From assembly GCA_964016885.1 (NCBI GenBank), contig OZ024747.1:10230001-10294000 (forward strand): a stretch of 64,000 nt of DNA. Direction: 5' to 3'. The DNA comes from Eledone cirrhosa (Eukaryota). Below are positions 12,130 through 25,300 of this stretch, piece by piece. A program made the translations under genes and the position numbers. Under the pieces are notes generated by a model. The model saw only the letters and a program-made list of their open reading frames with translations. It ran no database searches and was not told the DNA's origin. The stretch's first letter is position 1. Every line of letters starts with the position of its first letter.

Positions 12130-12253
12130 CTGTGTGTGATTCTTGAACCAATGCAGGAGTTGATGTCTCGTCACAAAGCCTACGGACTGAATCCACGCGA
12201 CTGCCTGAAGACGACACTGTTCCAGAAGTGGCAGAGGATGGTGGCGCCCCCAG
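12130..12253 (+). CDS. LDB: LDB exon (LDB/Chip conserved domain, LCCD)
   Basis: Boundaries ttgtag|CTG and CCAG|gtaaag. Translates LCVILEPMQELMSRHKAYGLNPRDCLKTTLFQKWQRMVAPP. Alternative in-frame exon ends at 12259 and 12301 are possible. Confidence 0.95.
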
Positions 12254-13127
12254 GTAAAGGCAAGATACCAACTTTTGTTTCTTTTCACCACAATCCTCAT
12301 CGTAAGTATAGCAGTCGGCCACTGCCTCACCTGCTGTGGACACTGTCTCACCTGCCGTGGACACGACTGCAAATACTAATCACAATGCACGTCTTTCTTT
12401 CTTATCTTTTCATCTTCAACATAAGTATATCAAAAGTTTTCTTTGTTTTTATTTTATTTCATTCATAAAACATTGTCGTCTTATCTTTCTTTTCTATTTA
12501 TTTATTTATAACTTTTGTATTGTGTTTGTGTCTGTGTACACACAAACATATTCATGTACATAGTATATTTTTTTTACATATCCTACAGAAGATAGCAATG
12601 TGGACAATAGCAGCTATCGTTTAGAACAAAACTGGTGAAAAACAATTTTTAAAAATATATTGTTACCGTAACTTTTTTTTTAAATTCTTAACAATTTGAA
12701 AAAATTAAAACATGATCAACAACAACCACCTTTCCAACAACAGTACCCCCTCTCTCTCTCAATTGTCTACCAGAGTGAAGTCTCCCTCATCTACTTCAGT
12801 GAAGTCTCCCTCGTCTACTTCAGTGAAGTCTCCCTCGTCTACAGGTGTGATTACACCAGTTTCTTTTACTCTTCACTCCCAAATAGTTTCGAAGTTATAC
12901 CGCCAATTTTCTGTCATCACCTGAAGCACAGCTACACCTGAGGTTTAACCACAGCATGTCTCACCTGAGGTTCAGTGATGTCATGCTGCCATTATCTCCT
13001 CACAGTGGAGTCCTAATGTTAGTTTTCTGCTTCTCTTTTCCCCACAATGTATACCCATTGTTTCTGGTGTCTTGTCAGGATATGCTCCATATAACTTTCA
13101 TCTCATATCATCTCACATCTCTATTGT

Positions 13128-13300
13128 TTCTCACCCCTTGTCAGTTTCTGGTCCCTATTATTGCTCACCCCTTGTCAGTTTATGGACCCTGTTACTGCTC
13201 ACCCCTTATCAGTTTCTGGTCCCTATTACTGCTCACCGCTTGTCAGTTTCTGGTCCCTATTAATGCTCATCTCTTGGCAGTTTCTGGCCCCTATTATTTT
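13128..13300. repeat. Minisatellite, 34-bp unit, ~5 copies
   Basis: Unit ctcaccccttgtcagtttctggtccctattattg. Confidence 0.85.
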
Positions 13301-13691
13301 CTATTCCCAGGTTGTCTTGCAATATCCTTTCTCCCAATCCCATATCCCCTCTTTTATTCTACCATTCTTTTTCTATCTTTAGTCTGGCTATGTCCCATCT
13401 TATTTCTTATCCATTGTCATCTCATGCCTTCATCTCTTGTGAGCTTCTATTATCCCCCCCCCCCCCATTTCCATCTCATGCCCTCATGAGCTTCCGTTTT
13501 CCTCTCCCCTTCCCCTATTGTCAGCCCAGTCCCTCATTACTTAACTACAGTTATGGAAGATGGAAGACCTGCTCCTAATTTCTAAAGTGAAAGGCTTTGT
13601 TTGAAAAGAAAAGTTTCTTTATAATAACTTTTTGCATATTAAATAATTATTGTCTTCAGTTTTCTTCTGAGTAAACTCTGATCACTTAATG

Positions 13692-13992
13692 TGGTATTTG
13701 TTTTATCAAGTGTAGCTCTGGTATTTCTGTTTTATCAAGTGTAACTCTGGTATTTCTGTTTTATCAAGTGTAACTTTGGTATTTCTGTTTTATCAAGTGT
13801 AGCTCTGGTATTTCTGTTTTACCAAGTGTAGCTCTGGTATTTCTGTTTTATCAAGTGTAACTCTGGTATTTCTGTTTTATCAAGTGTAGCTCTGGTATTT
13901 CTGTTTTACCAAGTGTAGCTCTGGTATTTCTGTTTTACCAAGTGTAGCTCTGATATTTCTGTTAAGTATATCTATTTGGTATTTCTGTTTAA
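13692..13992. repeat. Minisatellite, 29-bp unit, ~10 copies
   Basis: Unit tcaagtgtagctctggtatttctgtttta. Confidence 0.92.
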
Positions 13993-16900
13993 CTGTGGTT
14001 ATGTCAGGCTAACACTTGCTCTTCATTCTCTTACTCTATAACCTATTTGTCTCCATTTACCATCTGGTGTTCCTTGTTCTCTCTGTAAGTTACAGAAATG
14101 TTCATGATAGTTTTGTCATCTGAAATATTATTAAAAGAAAACAGACTACATCTTTGGAGAAGTTACAAAAGCTGTGAGGTTAAAGTACTAAATAACCAAT
14201 TGTTCCTTTTTAGTTTATAGTCAGTTGTGTTGTACCTTTGGACAAGGTACATATCTCAATTTGCCTCAGTTTACCTGGCTGACAAATCAGGACCCACTTG
14301 TTTTATTTCAAGGTTAAGTTGTTAGTCCTGTATAGGATGACCAGCTTTAAAAATATCTGCTTGAATAGAAAAAACAAAAACATCAGGAGAGAAAAACAGA
14401 AAATAATTTATCTCACAAGAACATTTAACCTTTTCATTACAATATTTCTCGTGAAAGACACTGCCATGATTTTCAAATCATTTTAAAACTAATGAAGATT
14501 TTGGAGGTATAACTTAACGAAGGTTCTTACATAAAATTATAATGGAAGGTTTTTAGATAAATATAAATACTTTAAAATAAACAGTTTTGTATTATGAAAC
14601 CAGGGGTGGTTTGGTATGAAATGATTTGATAGGTTTTTTTGCTCTTTCTTTTTTCTACATTTCAAATGTCTTATATCCTAAATCAATGTTTTACAGTAGA
14701 TAGCAATTGAATTATACATAAGTCTGGTCACCACTATCTTTACACTGTCATTTCAATATAAACTGGATTTACTGTATTTTCCATGTATTTTACTGTAAAT
14801 TAATGCAAGCCTGTCATTTTATCTATTTTAGATAAAATGTCATTTTCTTTTGAGAATCTTGTTTTTTTTTTTAGTCTTTCTTCTTAATTATAAGGTTTGT
14901 ATTTTTTCCTTCTCCCTCCCTCTTTCTTTCTCTATCTATCTCTCAAGAATCGAATAATATATATTTATTTTGTTCTAAAATCCTTTGCCGCCTAAAAATG
15001 TTAGTTTTGTTATAGTTAAATAAACGTAACAAAAGCTGTCTGTTGGGGCAAGGTAATTATGCTATAACTACAAGAACCATAGAATATGTCTCTCTCTAGA
15101 GTGGCGTTAATGATACAGTAATCTGTATGGACTCGTGTAGTTTGAATGTTTTATAAACAGCACTCTCTGATATACTTTATCACTTATTGATAACATATTT
15201 AGCTTTGTGGTAGGTACTAAATGAATTTCTTCTGAAAAGAAAGGAAAGTCTTATATTTTTACCATAATTATTTGAAGCTGGAGTCTTAATTAAAACCTCA
15301 CAAATGTTGGCATTTATTTGGAGTGTAACTCTGTTGAATTTTTGGCTTGAAGCCAATACAAGTTGTTAGGTTGGTTAATAAGTAAGTAAATAGATAAGTA
15401 TGTTTATATAGATATTAGTGGTGTTGTCTGATATAGCCAACAGTTTGTCGCTTGCTCTGCTTCTTTTTCATATTGCTATTTTATCTTGTCTTTACATCTG
15501 GTGTATGGAACTATGACAACTAGAAACAGTCTGTTATTATACTTGTCATTACATCTGGTGTATGACAACTAGAAACATGCTATGTTATACTTGTGTACAT
15601 CTGGTGTATAGGAACTAGAAACAGGCTATGTTGTTATACTTTGCAATTTGCAATACAATTCTCCTGTCTTTTTATTGGTTCCATATATTTGACTGTGCAC
15701 GTGCTGCGGTACCTTCTAGAATTTAGTTAATTATATCAACACCTACTGATAGAATAAAGTGGTTGGCATTAAGATGAGTAATCTAGCCATAGAAAACCAG
15801 GCCTAAAATGGAGCATATGAGCAAGATGTGGTCACCATGCTGACCTGTCAAACCCCTGCACGCATGGAAAATAGATGTTAAATGGCGATGATGATGATGT
15901 ACTCGTTTTATCAACCTATGAAAGATATAAAGTCAGAGCCTTGACAAGATTTCAACTTAGAATGTAAAAAGACGAGTATATATCATAAAGTGTGTTAGTG
16001 TCTGACACTCTACCAGTTCTGTCACCCTCCTGCAATAAATAACGCAATAAGAAGCTTTCATATTAAGCCTTAACATGAACACAAAAATAATGATAGTGTA
16101 TCCTAGTTCGTTACAATCTTTAGAAAGTTTTCTAACAACTACAAATTACTGAAGTCTGACAAAAAAAAAACTGCTGAAGTTTAAGGAAAATAGTTGCTGT
16201 TTACTGGAGTCTTCTAGTTTGTTTTATAGAAACTTTAATATATCATCATTGGTGGACTATTTAGCATCTACCGTCCATTGTAAAGTGGGATCAAGTCTCA
16301 CCCTCAGTTAACAGAGTTATCTACCTTACCTTAGGAACACAGTTGTATGTCACGATCTAAATTATGATTTTTAACACCGTGAACATTTTGTCATTTTTTT
16401 TTAAATAACCGTTATGAATATTTAAAGATGGGTTGTCTTAATCTTTACAATCATATAACTTTCACTTGTGTTTATTAAACTTTGTCATAAAACTCTTCTC
16501 AGGTATTTAAATGCCACGACTTCACTGACCACTTTCTTTTCGTACTGGTCATCAACAAGACTCTTGCTGTTCTTGCTCTACCAGACTGTCGTTTTCCTCA
16601 TCAAAATTGTGAGGAGTGTACTTCACTTAAGGAAGGAGTCCCATGGGGTGGAATAGATGTTGTTGGCTGGTCTCTGCAGCAATGCTTTCACCATCTTGTC
16701 TGTAGGGCACAGCTGAGATATACCACCCAGACTGAGATGTAGAGTCTGTCACTCGCAGCTGAGATATACCGTCACTACTAAGTACTCCATATACTAGTTT
16801 AACCATCAGTACAGTAATACGACACTATTACCACTGCTAGTTAAGCCATCAGTACAGTAGACCATCTACAGTCAGCCACACCATTTCTTGGAGTCCATAC

Positions 16901-19053
16901 TTCATTATCACTTAACTGAAATTTCACACCTCTTTTATTGATTGTCTTTCCTGTTCCTATATAATTACAATTGACTTGGCTCTTTCTTCGATTATTTCTT
17001 TAAATTAGCTTATGGCTTGATTATGGTGTTTAATTATTCTAACATTTGGAATAGTTTTGTAGCTGATTTCCACGTGGAGAAGACATTTCTAACGTTTTAA
17101 TTTTCCAGGCAAAATCCTTCATCTGAGAATGATAGAAAAACTTTTCTATCATTCTCTTTACATGCTTCAATATGTTTTGGTTTTTACCTGTTATTGATAT
17201 CAATTCTTGCTGATGCAGACCAATATTTGTTTTTATGACTTTTGTTTTTTGTTTTCTTTTTTCATAGTCTTCACCTGTTTTCTACTAAATTAGTGTGTGA
17301 GGGTGTGGCAGAAAAACCTCCCATATTTTACATGGTCAATCCTTAAAATGTGGAACGTATTTTTGCCGCACTCTGTATGTGTGTGTACATATATATATAT
17401 ACACACACACATCCCTCCATTAACCTGTTTGGTATTCCTCATCTCCTCAGACTTCTATCACACATCTCTTTAGTGTTATATTTATTAAATGTCTTGCTCT
17501 TTTTTCTTTCTTTCTTTTTTTTTTCTTTTTTTTTACTTAAATATTTTCTCTGCTATTTTTGATTTCCTTTTGCTCTGCCATTTAAGAGAGAAATAAAACA
17601 GCTTCCTTTATTTCTAATTTAAATTTTAGTTGGATAAACTATTTAGAATTTGTATGTCTTCCTGTTATTATTATTATTATTTTACCTACCACCACCACCT
17701 TATCCTCACAACTGTGGTAAAATAAGTTCCAAAGGTAGGTAAAGTGCTGATATATTTATAGAGGCCCACTAGACATGAGATCCAATCTTGCTAAATTGTG
17801 TTCTTACCTGCTGGCTTGTCTACAGGTCTGTCGTATGTTGGGGGAGGCACTGACCCCACACAAACCTTTTAATGGTGCATCTTCAGATTTAGACAATTTA
17901 ATGGTGATACACTTATACCGAAACTCTGCCTTACAATTATTGCAACGGGCTTATCCAGAATATTCTAAGACCACCCCACTCCGCCCACATCCTTCCATGC
18001 CCAAGCAACAAAGCCTGGTTATGATCCTGTTTTCCTAGCTCCACTTTTACTTCAAACAACACCTACACATGTGTAAATTAAGGGCATGGGTCCTGCATGG
18101 TAAGATTTATTTTATGTTTTCTTTCAAAAATTTACCAACAATAATTTGGAAAGTATTGGAATATGTTTGTGGCTTGATCCTTTATTCTAGTCCTTCTTGT
18201 CTTACTGCCACAATATACATCCCTGATATATAAGAGTAACTTGTTGTGGCGTGCTGCTTGAAGCACTCTATGCTGTTACATGGTCCAAACATTTATTGTT
18301 TTTACACTACTGGCTGGTCATTAACTGTCCAAAACTCACCCTCTTCACCATGCAAGCAAGCTAGAAGGGTTGCCAATTTAGTTGGCGACAACCTTGTGAC
18401 AAGTTATGCTGGGTTACATGTTACCAGTAGCACTCGAGAGCAACCTAATCGCATATATATATATACACACACACACACACATGCATATCCATACACTTAA
18501 ATACACAATTATACATATATATTCCTTCTCGTCCACAAACACACTCATCTATATGTATATAGAGACTGCCATATGTGAATCCCAGTAATTACATTTGCTT
18601 GTCTAGACATCTTTATAGATAAATACAGACTTAATATTTAGAGTGTCTTGCCTCAGTTATTATCTGGTATAGAGTGTAGTTGTTGTAGTGTACTCACTGA
18701 ACTTTAGTCAATTGGAAGATAATAATTATTTTAAGAGTTCATTATTATCCACATGATGCTATTATCTAGTAGGGTTGTATGGAAACGTCTTTAGGACCTT
18801 GTGGTCACCATGTTAGTTCTTGTTTTTTTTTGTATAGTAAAGATTGCTTAGAGATCATAATGTGGAATACTTCATGGGAGCACAGCGGGCATTCTCTGTG
18901 TTACCCTTAGTAGGGTTTGACCCTTTTTAAGATATTTTATTCTCATTCATATTTGATGTTTTTAAACTTGCATTAGTTTGCTGCCTCAGCCAATGTTGTA
19001 TGAATGAGTTTACTTGATCTAAAGGAATATGAGTATGGACAATGTATCATCCC

Positions 19054-19251
19054 TTAACCCTTTAGTATTTGAATTATTCTATATATACTATTGTATTTTC
19101 GTAGTAAAGGCTTTATCTTACATAATTATCTCATATAATATCAAATTTAAGAGATTTTGATATTATTTATTTAAGAACAATACTTTAACGTTGGTCTGAG
19201 TGAACAGAAGAGTTGGGAGAATTCTGGCCGGTTTGAATACTAAAGGGTTAA
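19054..19251 (-). mobile_element. piggyBac-like MITE, inverted relative to the upstream copies
   Basis: TTAA|CCCTTTAG ... CTAAAGGG|TTAA. The internal sequence is the reverse complement of the 5177 family. Confidence 0.82.
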
Positions 19252-22200
19252 CTCCCGATGGAATTGTAGTGGGATAAGCCGTTTCTTGGGCATTTTTAAA
19301 CCTGGTGGAGCCCATCCCTCCCTCTATATATAGATGAGGACAAAATAATAACTTTGTGTCACCTCGAAAACACACGGCGACGGACACAGGGACGGATGGA
19401 GAGACACAGAGCTCTTATTATAATATAGATTACCTATCCTATGAATAAAATTATTGGTGCTAACATTATTATTAGTAATGACTGGGTATTTGTTACTCTA
19501 TTATGAGGATGATTCCCTAATTTAAGGGATACTCCCACCACCCTCTCTACATTACCAGCTACTGGGGCTTCACCTTTATTGAGTACTTTATATTTAGAGC
19601 AAGTAATGTCATCAAGCTGTATTAGTATATAACACAATACATAACTGTGTAAAACAGGAAGTTATATTGAGAGTAGCAAGATAGTGGGATAATAACCAAA
19701 CTGGAATAGTCATTTAGTAGATTATACTGTTTAGAATGTTTGGTAATCAATGATCTGTGATAGTTTATAGTCAGGACAGCAACTGGGAAGAAACATTGAT
19801 TGAAGAGGAGATATATCAACATAGTTTTAATAATGACTTCTAACTTAGGTAAACACAACATAAATATAGATATGTATATGTAGTGAAGAGCTTCTGCACA
19901 GCTTCCATCTACCAAAATCCACTAAGTTACACAACTTAAACAACATTGCTTTTTGTTTTATATATATACATTTTCTTGCTGTCATTTCCAATGTTCCTGC
20001 CAGTCAAAATATATTGAGTGACATTTTCAAACAAGTTTCTGTATTTCTGGAATATTCCTCCAAAGTTCTCTCTCTCTCTCCTTCTCTTTCTCTCTCTCTC
20101 TCTCTCAGCTGGTTTGTATATTTCTCAGGAATATTCCTCCAAAGTTATCTCTCTATCTCACACAGCTGGTCTCTATATGTGTAATCAATTGTTAGTTATT
20201 TTCTGTTCGTCTGTATATTTTGTCTCTTTCTATTAGATCAACTTTAATTATATAAATAAATGAATGTTAAGTCTGTATGTGCGAGGTAACAGAAGGTTGT
20301 GTGTGTGTGTGTATATATACACACACACAACCCTTCAGGTAATGGGCTGGTGTCCTAGGGAAGCCTGAGTACTTAACTCTTAACATCCTGTAATGGCATA
20401 GCAGAGAATAACTGAAAATGTGTTTGTTCTTTCAAATGTTTATATCTTTACTAGTGGAAAGATTGTTGTAAAAATTTGCAGCATTAGATTAAAGGTTTTA
20501 ATTTTTCATGTGCTAAGGTCATGGTGCTGTTTTATGCTTTTCTTCAATTAACATTTTGTCAATGTGGTCTTCAGTGTCATAAATAGATCAAATCTCCAGG
20601 GGCAGTTGGTGAGTATGGTCTGATAATGAAAGAGGTGTTAGGCAGGTTTCAAGAGGGAAATCATTTGGATGTGACATAATGCAGGAATGACTATTATTAA
20701 AGATGTTAGCTGGAACAAAGTGATATTTCTACTGCCATCCAATATCAACATAGAATGGTATTATTTAGCATTTCTAAGATGATGACAACCATTAAAATTT
20801 GTAGTGTGACAAATTATGTAATAACTCGTGCAGTGTTTCACTCTTTTGGTACCAACCTACCTGAAACCACCCCTGGTTTTATGACACAAAACTTTGTTTT
20901 AAAGTGTTTATATTATAATTTACAAACTTTCTATCAATAATTTTACCTCAGAACCTCTAAGTTATGTTCCAAGAATCATAATAAGAAAGTTAATTATATT
21001 ACTATATTGCTCCAAATTTTTTAATATATTCAAAATATTTCACAAGAAATAAGGTAATAAAATGGTTAAGATAGCCGAAGAAGGATCCTTTTATCAAAGG
21101 GAGGTAATTGTTGTAGTTTTAATTTCTCCTGCTGGCCTAGCGACCAGAACAATGTATTGGACAGGCAGCCTTGGATTAAATTGAAAAAATTAACCAGAGA
21201 TGCCATCTGCAAGGAAAACAATAATTAATATAATGAAATATATTTTGTCAGCCAATAAACTAAACAAATTATTGGCTATACACAATGAGGATAAGAGTTC
21301 CTTAGAAGATGTATTTCTTGAATTAATAGAATCATTCATTTTATTCCAATGTAGAATGGCCTTGTATCTCCAAACATCTTCTATATTCTTTCCAACTTTG
21401 GACCAACTGCTGCTATTGTCACTATTTAGATTCCATTGAAAACAAATAGTTTTTATTTCTGCTGCCAATGTGGACACTCCTACCATGACCACTGCCATCA
21501 CTTCCCCTTTCCTCCACTTCATCAACGTTCCTTGTGTCTAGAAGTCAACTAAATGATGTCTTTAGTATTTTATTGTTTACATTTTTTCTTTAAATATGTG
21601 TGTATATGTATCTACTTTCATACACACACACGCATACATACATATACATATATATACGCATGTATATACATATATATACACACATATATCTATGTATGTG
21701 TATATGCATACATATATATTATATATATATATATATACGCATACATATATATTATATATATATACACACATATATATACATATGTGTATATATTGTATTG
21801 TAACATTAATTCCCGCCGTTGTTATACAACTTCTTAATAAAAAAACGGCGGGAATTTGTGTTACAACCCAATATATAGATACATATACACGGGAGTAAAT
21901 TAAAACAAAGTACAAATACTCAGACAGCATGCTTCGTTTTGTAAATTTATTCATTTTAATTTCATTATTATTATTATTACTACTACTACTACTACTACTA
22001 CTACTAATATTATTATTATTATTCTGTAAGAGAACTTGGTATTCGATCTTCGTTTTTTTGTAAGTCAGTGTTTGACCTTTGATCTCGTGCTTCTATCTCT
22101 AGTTTCTGTAATTTGGAATAATCTTGTTCTTTACTCCACATATACACTTTAAGAACTGCTGCTTTATTTCTTTACATCTTTAGATAATTTACTGGAACGT

Positions 22201-22288
22201 ATTTCACCCTTTGGAAATTCACCAAGACTCGATACCTCACCTTCGAAAAGAAAAGGTTAATTATTTTTTTTATTTTTCAACTTTTTCA

Positions 22289-22320
<32 letters not shown>

Positions 22321-22322
<2 letters not shown>

Positions 22323-23063
22323 CCAAAAGTCCCTGGCCTGGCAGTGCTACCGAGGAGCTCTACCAGTTCGAGACAAGCTCTACAGACATGGGCGCCCGGG
22401 CAGGGACCCTGCAAAAAAGATCTGTCCGAGGTGCGTGCGAGACGAAGAAACCGTCGCGGACGCATTAATACACTTCCCGGGCGTCACTGACCTGTGGGGC
22501 TATGTAGAACGACTATTGTCGCGGGTGGGACCAATCCAGTTGACCACCGAGTCCATTGTCATGATCAAACCGCCACCCTCCTTCAAAAACGAAGGAGAGG
22601 CAGTTTTCCTTTGTGTGATAGCTATGGCGAAAGAGGTTGTATGGTGGACAAGGTTGAAAGGGCTGAGGTCAGACACCTTTCTCTCCGGCCAACAACTGAT
22701 TCTTTTTTTCAAATACCACTTTGGAAGAAGAATCAGGATGGAGAGAGGTGCTGTACCCCAGCAATTTTTATGAAAGGTGGGTGAAAGTGGCGAGAATGGG
22801 CCTTCTCTCTATATCAGCCTGTAGGTTGAGGAAAAGGAGGAGGAGAGGAAAGGAGTACAAGCTCTTCGTACTCCTGGAGATGAGGGTTGCACATTTTTTT
22901 TCGGGGGTATGTGTTACCCATATAAACTGTCTCCCTCTATTGGGGAAAATCGACTAACTTTTAAATTCCATCTGTGATAACATTTTACACGTTTTTATTG
23001 TATGTAAACTTCCCCCTTTGTATTTGTCCCCTTCTTTTGTGCCCCTGTGGCTAATAAAGAAAT
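22321..23063 (+). mobile_element. 5'-truncated L1/Tx1-clade LINE 3' end
   Basis: Translates FQKSLAWQCYRGALPVRDKLYRHG...CPRCVRDEETVADALIHFP, a degenerate zf-RVT CCHC knuckle. AATAAA at 23053. (TATC)n on both sides. Confidence 0.8.
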
Positions 23064-23578
23064 ATATCTATCTATCTATCTATCTATCTGTCTATTTATC
23101 TATCTATCTATCTATCTATCTGTCTATTTATCTGTCTGTCTATCTATCTATATCTTAGTGTTGTTGTTTTTTTTCCTCCCACCCTCTCTGTCTGCTAAGG
23201 GGTTTATTTTTTTTTTTTTAGTTCGATTTGAAGAAAAATTCTAGTTAGTCTTATAAGAAGTTTTGGTGTTCCGCTCAAATGGTTTCATTATAAATGAGCT
23301 CATCTATTTACTGATTGGGGTCATTGCTGCTGCATGCTTTCCATTATTATTATTATTATTAATTATGACTCTTGTTTCTACAATTTTCGTTCTGACTGAA
23401 GATGGAATGTAAAAAGAAATTGCATTTAAAATGTCTGAAAATTATTATTTTTTTTTTTTTTCTTCTATCATTATTATTATTAATTTAATAATAATTTCAT
23501 TATAATATTGTATATGTACAATTTAACGAACCTTTCATTGTCAGTTGTTGACTTGCAGTTTTGTGATTATTATTATTG

Positions 23579-23617
<39 letters not shown>

Positions 23618-23824
23618 CATACACAAAATGTTTCTTCTTAAAATATTTAGGAAAAATGACTCATAATTTCAATCATATTTAAAACAGCCATTGATTTACT
23701 TTAAGGGCAGTTTTATATATATATATATAGTAGAGTATAGAATTAGCTGTTGAAACGGCAAGAGCTCTGCTGCTGGGTCCTGAGTCTTTATAATATGTAT
23801 AAGTATATACATATATATATATAT

Positions 23825-23992
23825 CATCATCATCATCATCATCATCGTTTAACGTCCGTGTTCCATGCTTGCATGGGTTTGGACGGAGGGTTTTCCCACT
23901 TGAGGCAAGAGTGGTTATCTTGCTCGCATAGGACTATCTGGCGGGTTTTCTACAGCTGGATGCTCTTCCTAACACCAACCACATTTACAGTG
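23825..23992 (-). mobile_element. Short element with RTE-like 3' tail
   Basis: Reverse complement of the 49740-49890 family, ending ggacgttaaacgatgatgatg. Confidence 0.75.
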
Positions 23993-24969
23993 TGGGACTG
24001 TAAATATATATAATAAACACAAGGGGTTCAAGGGGTTAAATAATTTGACATAAAATAATTCTAGTTAGAGTTTTATAGTTCCAACAAATGAAATGTATGT
24101 TAGAGCAAAAAAATCCTAAATCCTTTAACATGGAACTTGTCTTGGTAATATGTATTGGTCTTATGTCATTCTCTTGTCTCTTCCTTGAAGTCTTGGTTGA
24201 TTTCTCAAAAGTGTTTCTACTTCTTTTGCTGTTCATCGTCTGCAACAGACTAAATTGTCATTTAGATAGTCAAATAGTTTGCTTATTTTTTCTTGTTTCT
24301 CCTTGTTTGTTTCTTTTCCCCACTGATATTACTACTGGATGTCTTCTCTACAAATTCTCTCATACACTGCCTCCTCCATCCCCCTCTTCTGTAAGAAGAC
24401 ACTGAATATAGAACATTTCCCAAAGATTAAATCTTCAACATTCTTTTCTATCATGTTTCTCTCTCCTCTTCAAATCTTCAAAACATTTATATAAACACAA
24501 ACCAACATATCTTAATAATTTTCAAAATATACCTATGTATTTAAACACAGATGTAAAGAAAATTCAAAATGAATTATATACATATATATATTATAATAAT
24601 AATTGCTCCCTTTGTCATAAACTTATTTTAAAACTTACATCATTTTTTTTATCTGTCTGCTCATTGCTCTTGTCCTAAAGTCGTTTAACTCCAGTCCATT
24701 CCAGCAAGTTGCTCCAGCTGTAACCATCCCCCTTTTACGCGTCATTTGAGGGGGATTTGGTTGCTATTCCGAGCTGGTGAAACAGTCATGTGGTGGCTTG
24801 TTTTACATGTTACATGTAGACACAAAACTTAATGTACACTCAAGTACATGAGATAATTCATATTTAAGAGAAGTTTGATCATATATTGTACATCACTCTG
24901 CCCCAGCATTTGTAATGGCCTCACCATAATGCTTCAGAAGATCTGCTCTGAATTAATCATAGTTCTTTT

Positions 24970-25300
24970 TTCTTCTTCACCCACTTATTCCTGAGAAGGT
25001 CATAGGGACAGAGTCCTCAAACTCTTCCAGTGGGTCCTGTAAGAAGCAACTGTCTCCAATTGATCTGGCTGGATACCCATGCCAGACCAGCCGAGCTCAT
25101 GGATGCTATCCAATTATGTTGTTTGGGGTGTACTCAGAGGTCTCCTGCCGGTTGGTTTTGCCCATAAAATCTCTCCATCAATTCTTTCCTGAGACACTCT
25201 GACCACATGCCCATAGTATCAGAGCTGTGATCTCTCAATTCGGTGAGAGGTAGCTGCTCTACTTGAGCAGCTCTTAATCATATCTTCTTTAGAATATTCA
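24970..25300 (-). mobile_element. Non-LTR (RTE-like) 3'-end fragment
   Basis: Minus strand encodes ...LDSIHELGWSGMGIQPDQLETVASYRTHWK. Related copies at ~39200-39350 (+), ~56810-56900 (+) and ~63540-63700 (-). Confidence 0.65.

Noticed and set aside
12578-12585. ATATCCTA as a second U12 donor
   Set aside because: It mismatches the ATATCCTT consensus, is not at an exon end, and has no matching branch site.
12956-13578. 177-aa hydrophobic ORF
   Set aside because: Pyrimidine-rich low-complexity sequence plus a 34-bp tandem repeat; no homology recognised.
17775-18038. 87-aa ORF or possible cassette exon in the long LDB intron
   Set aside because: Splicing in phase 1 at ctacag| hits a stop within ~16 codons, and there is no family similarity. 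Insufficient support.
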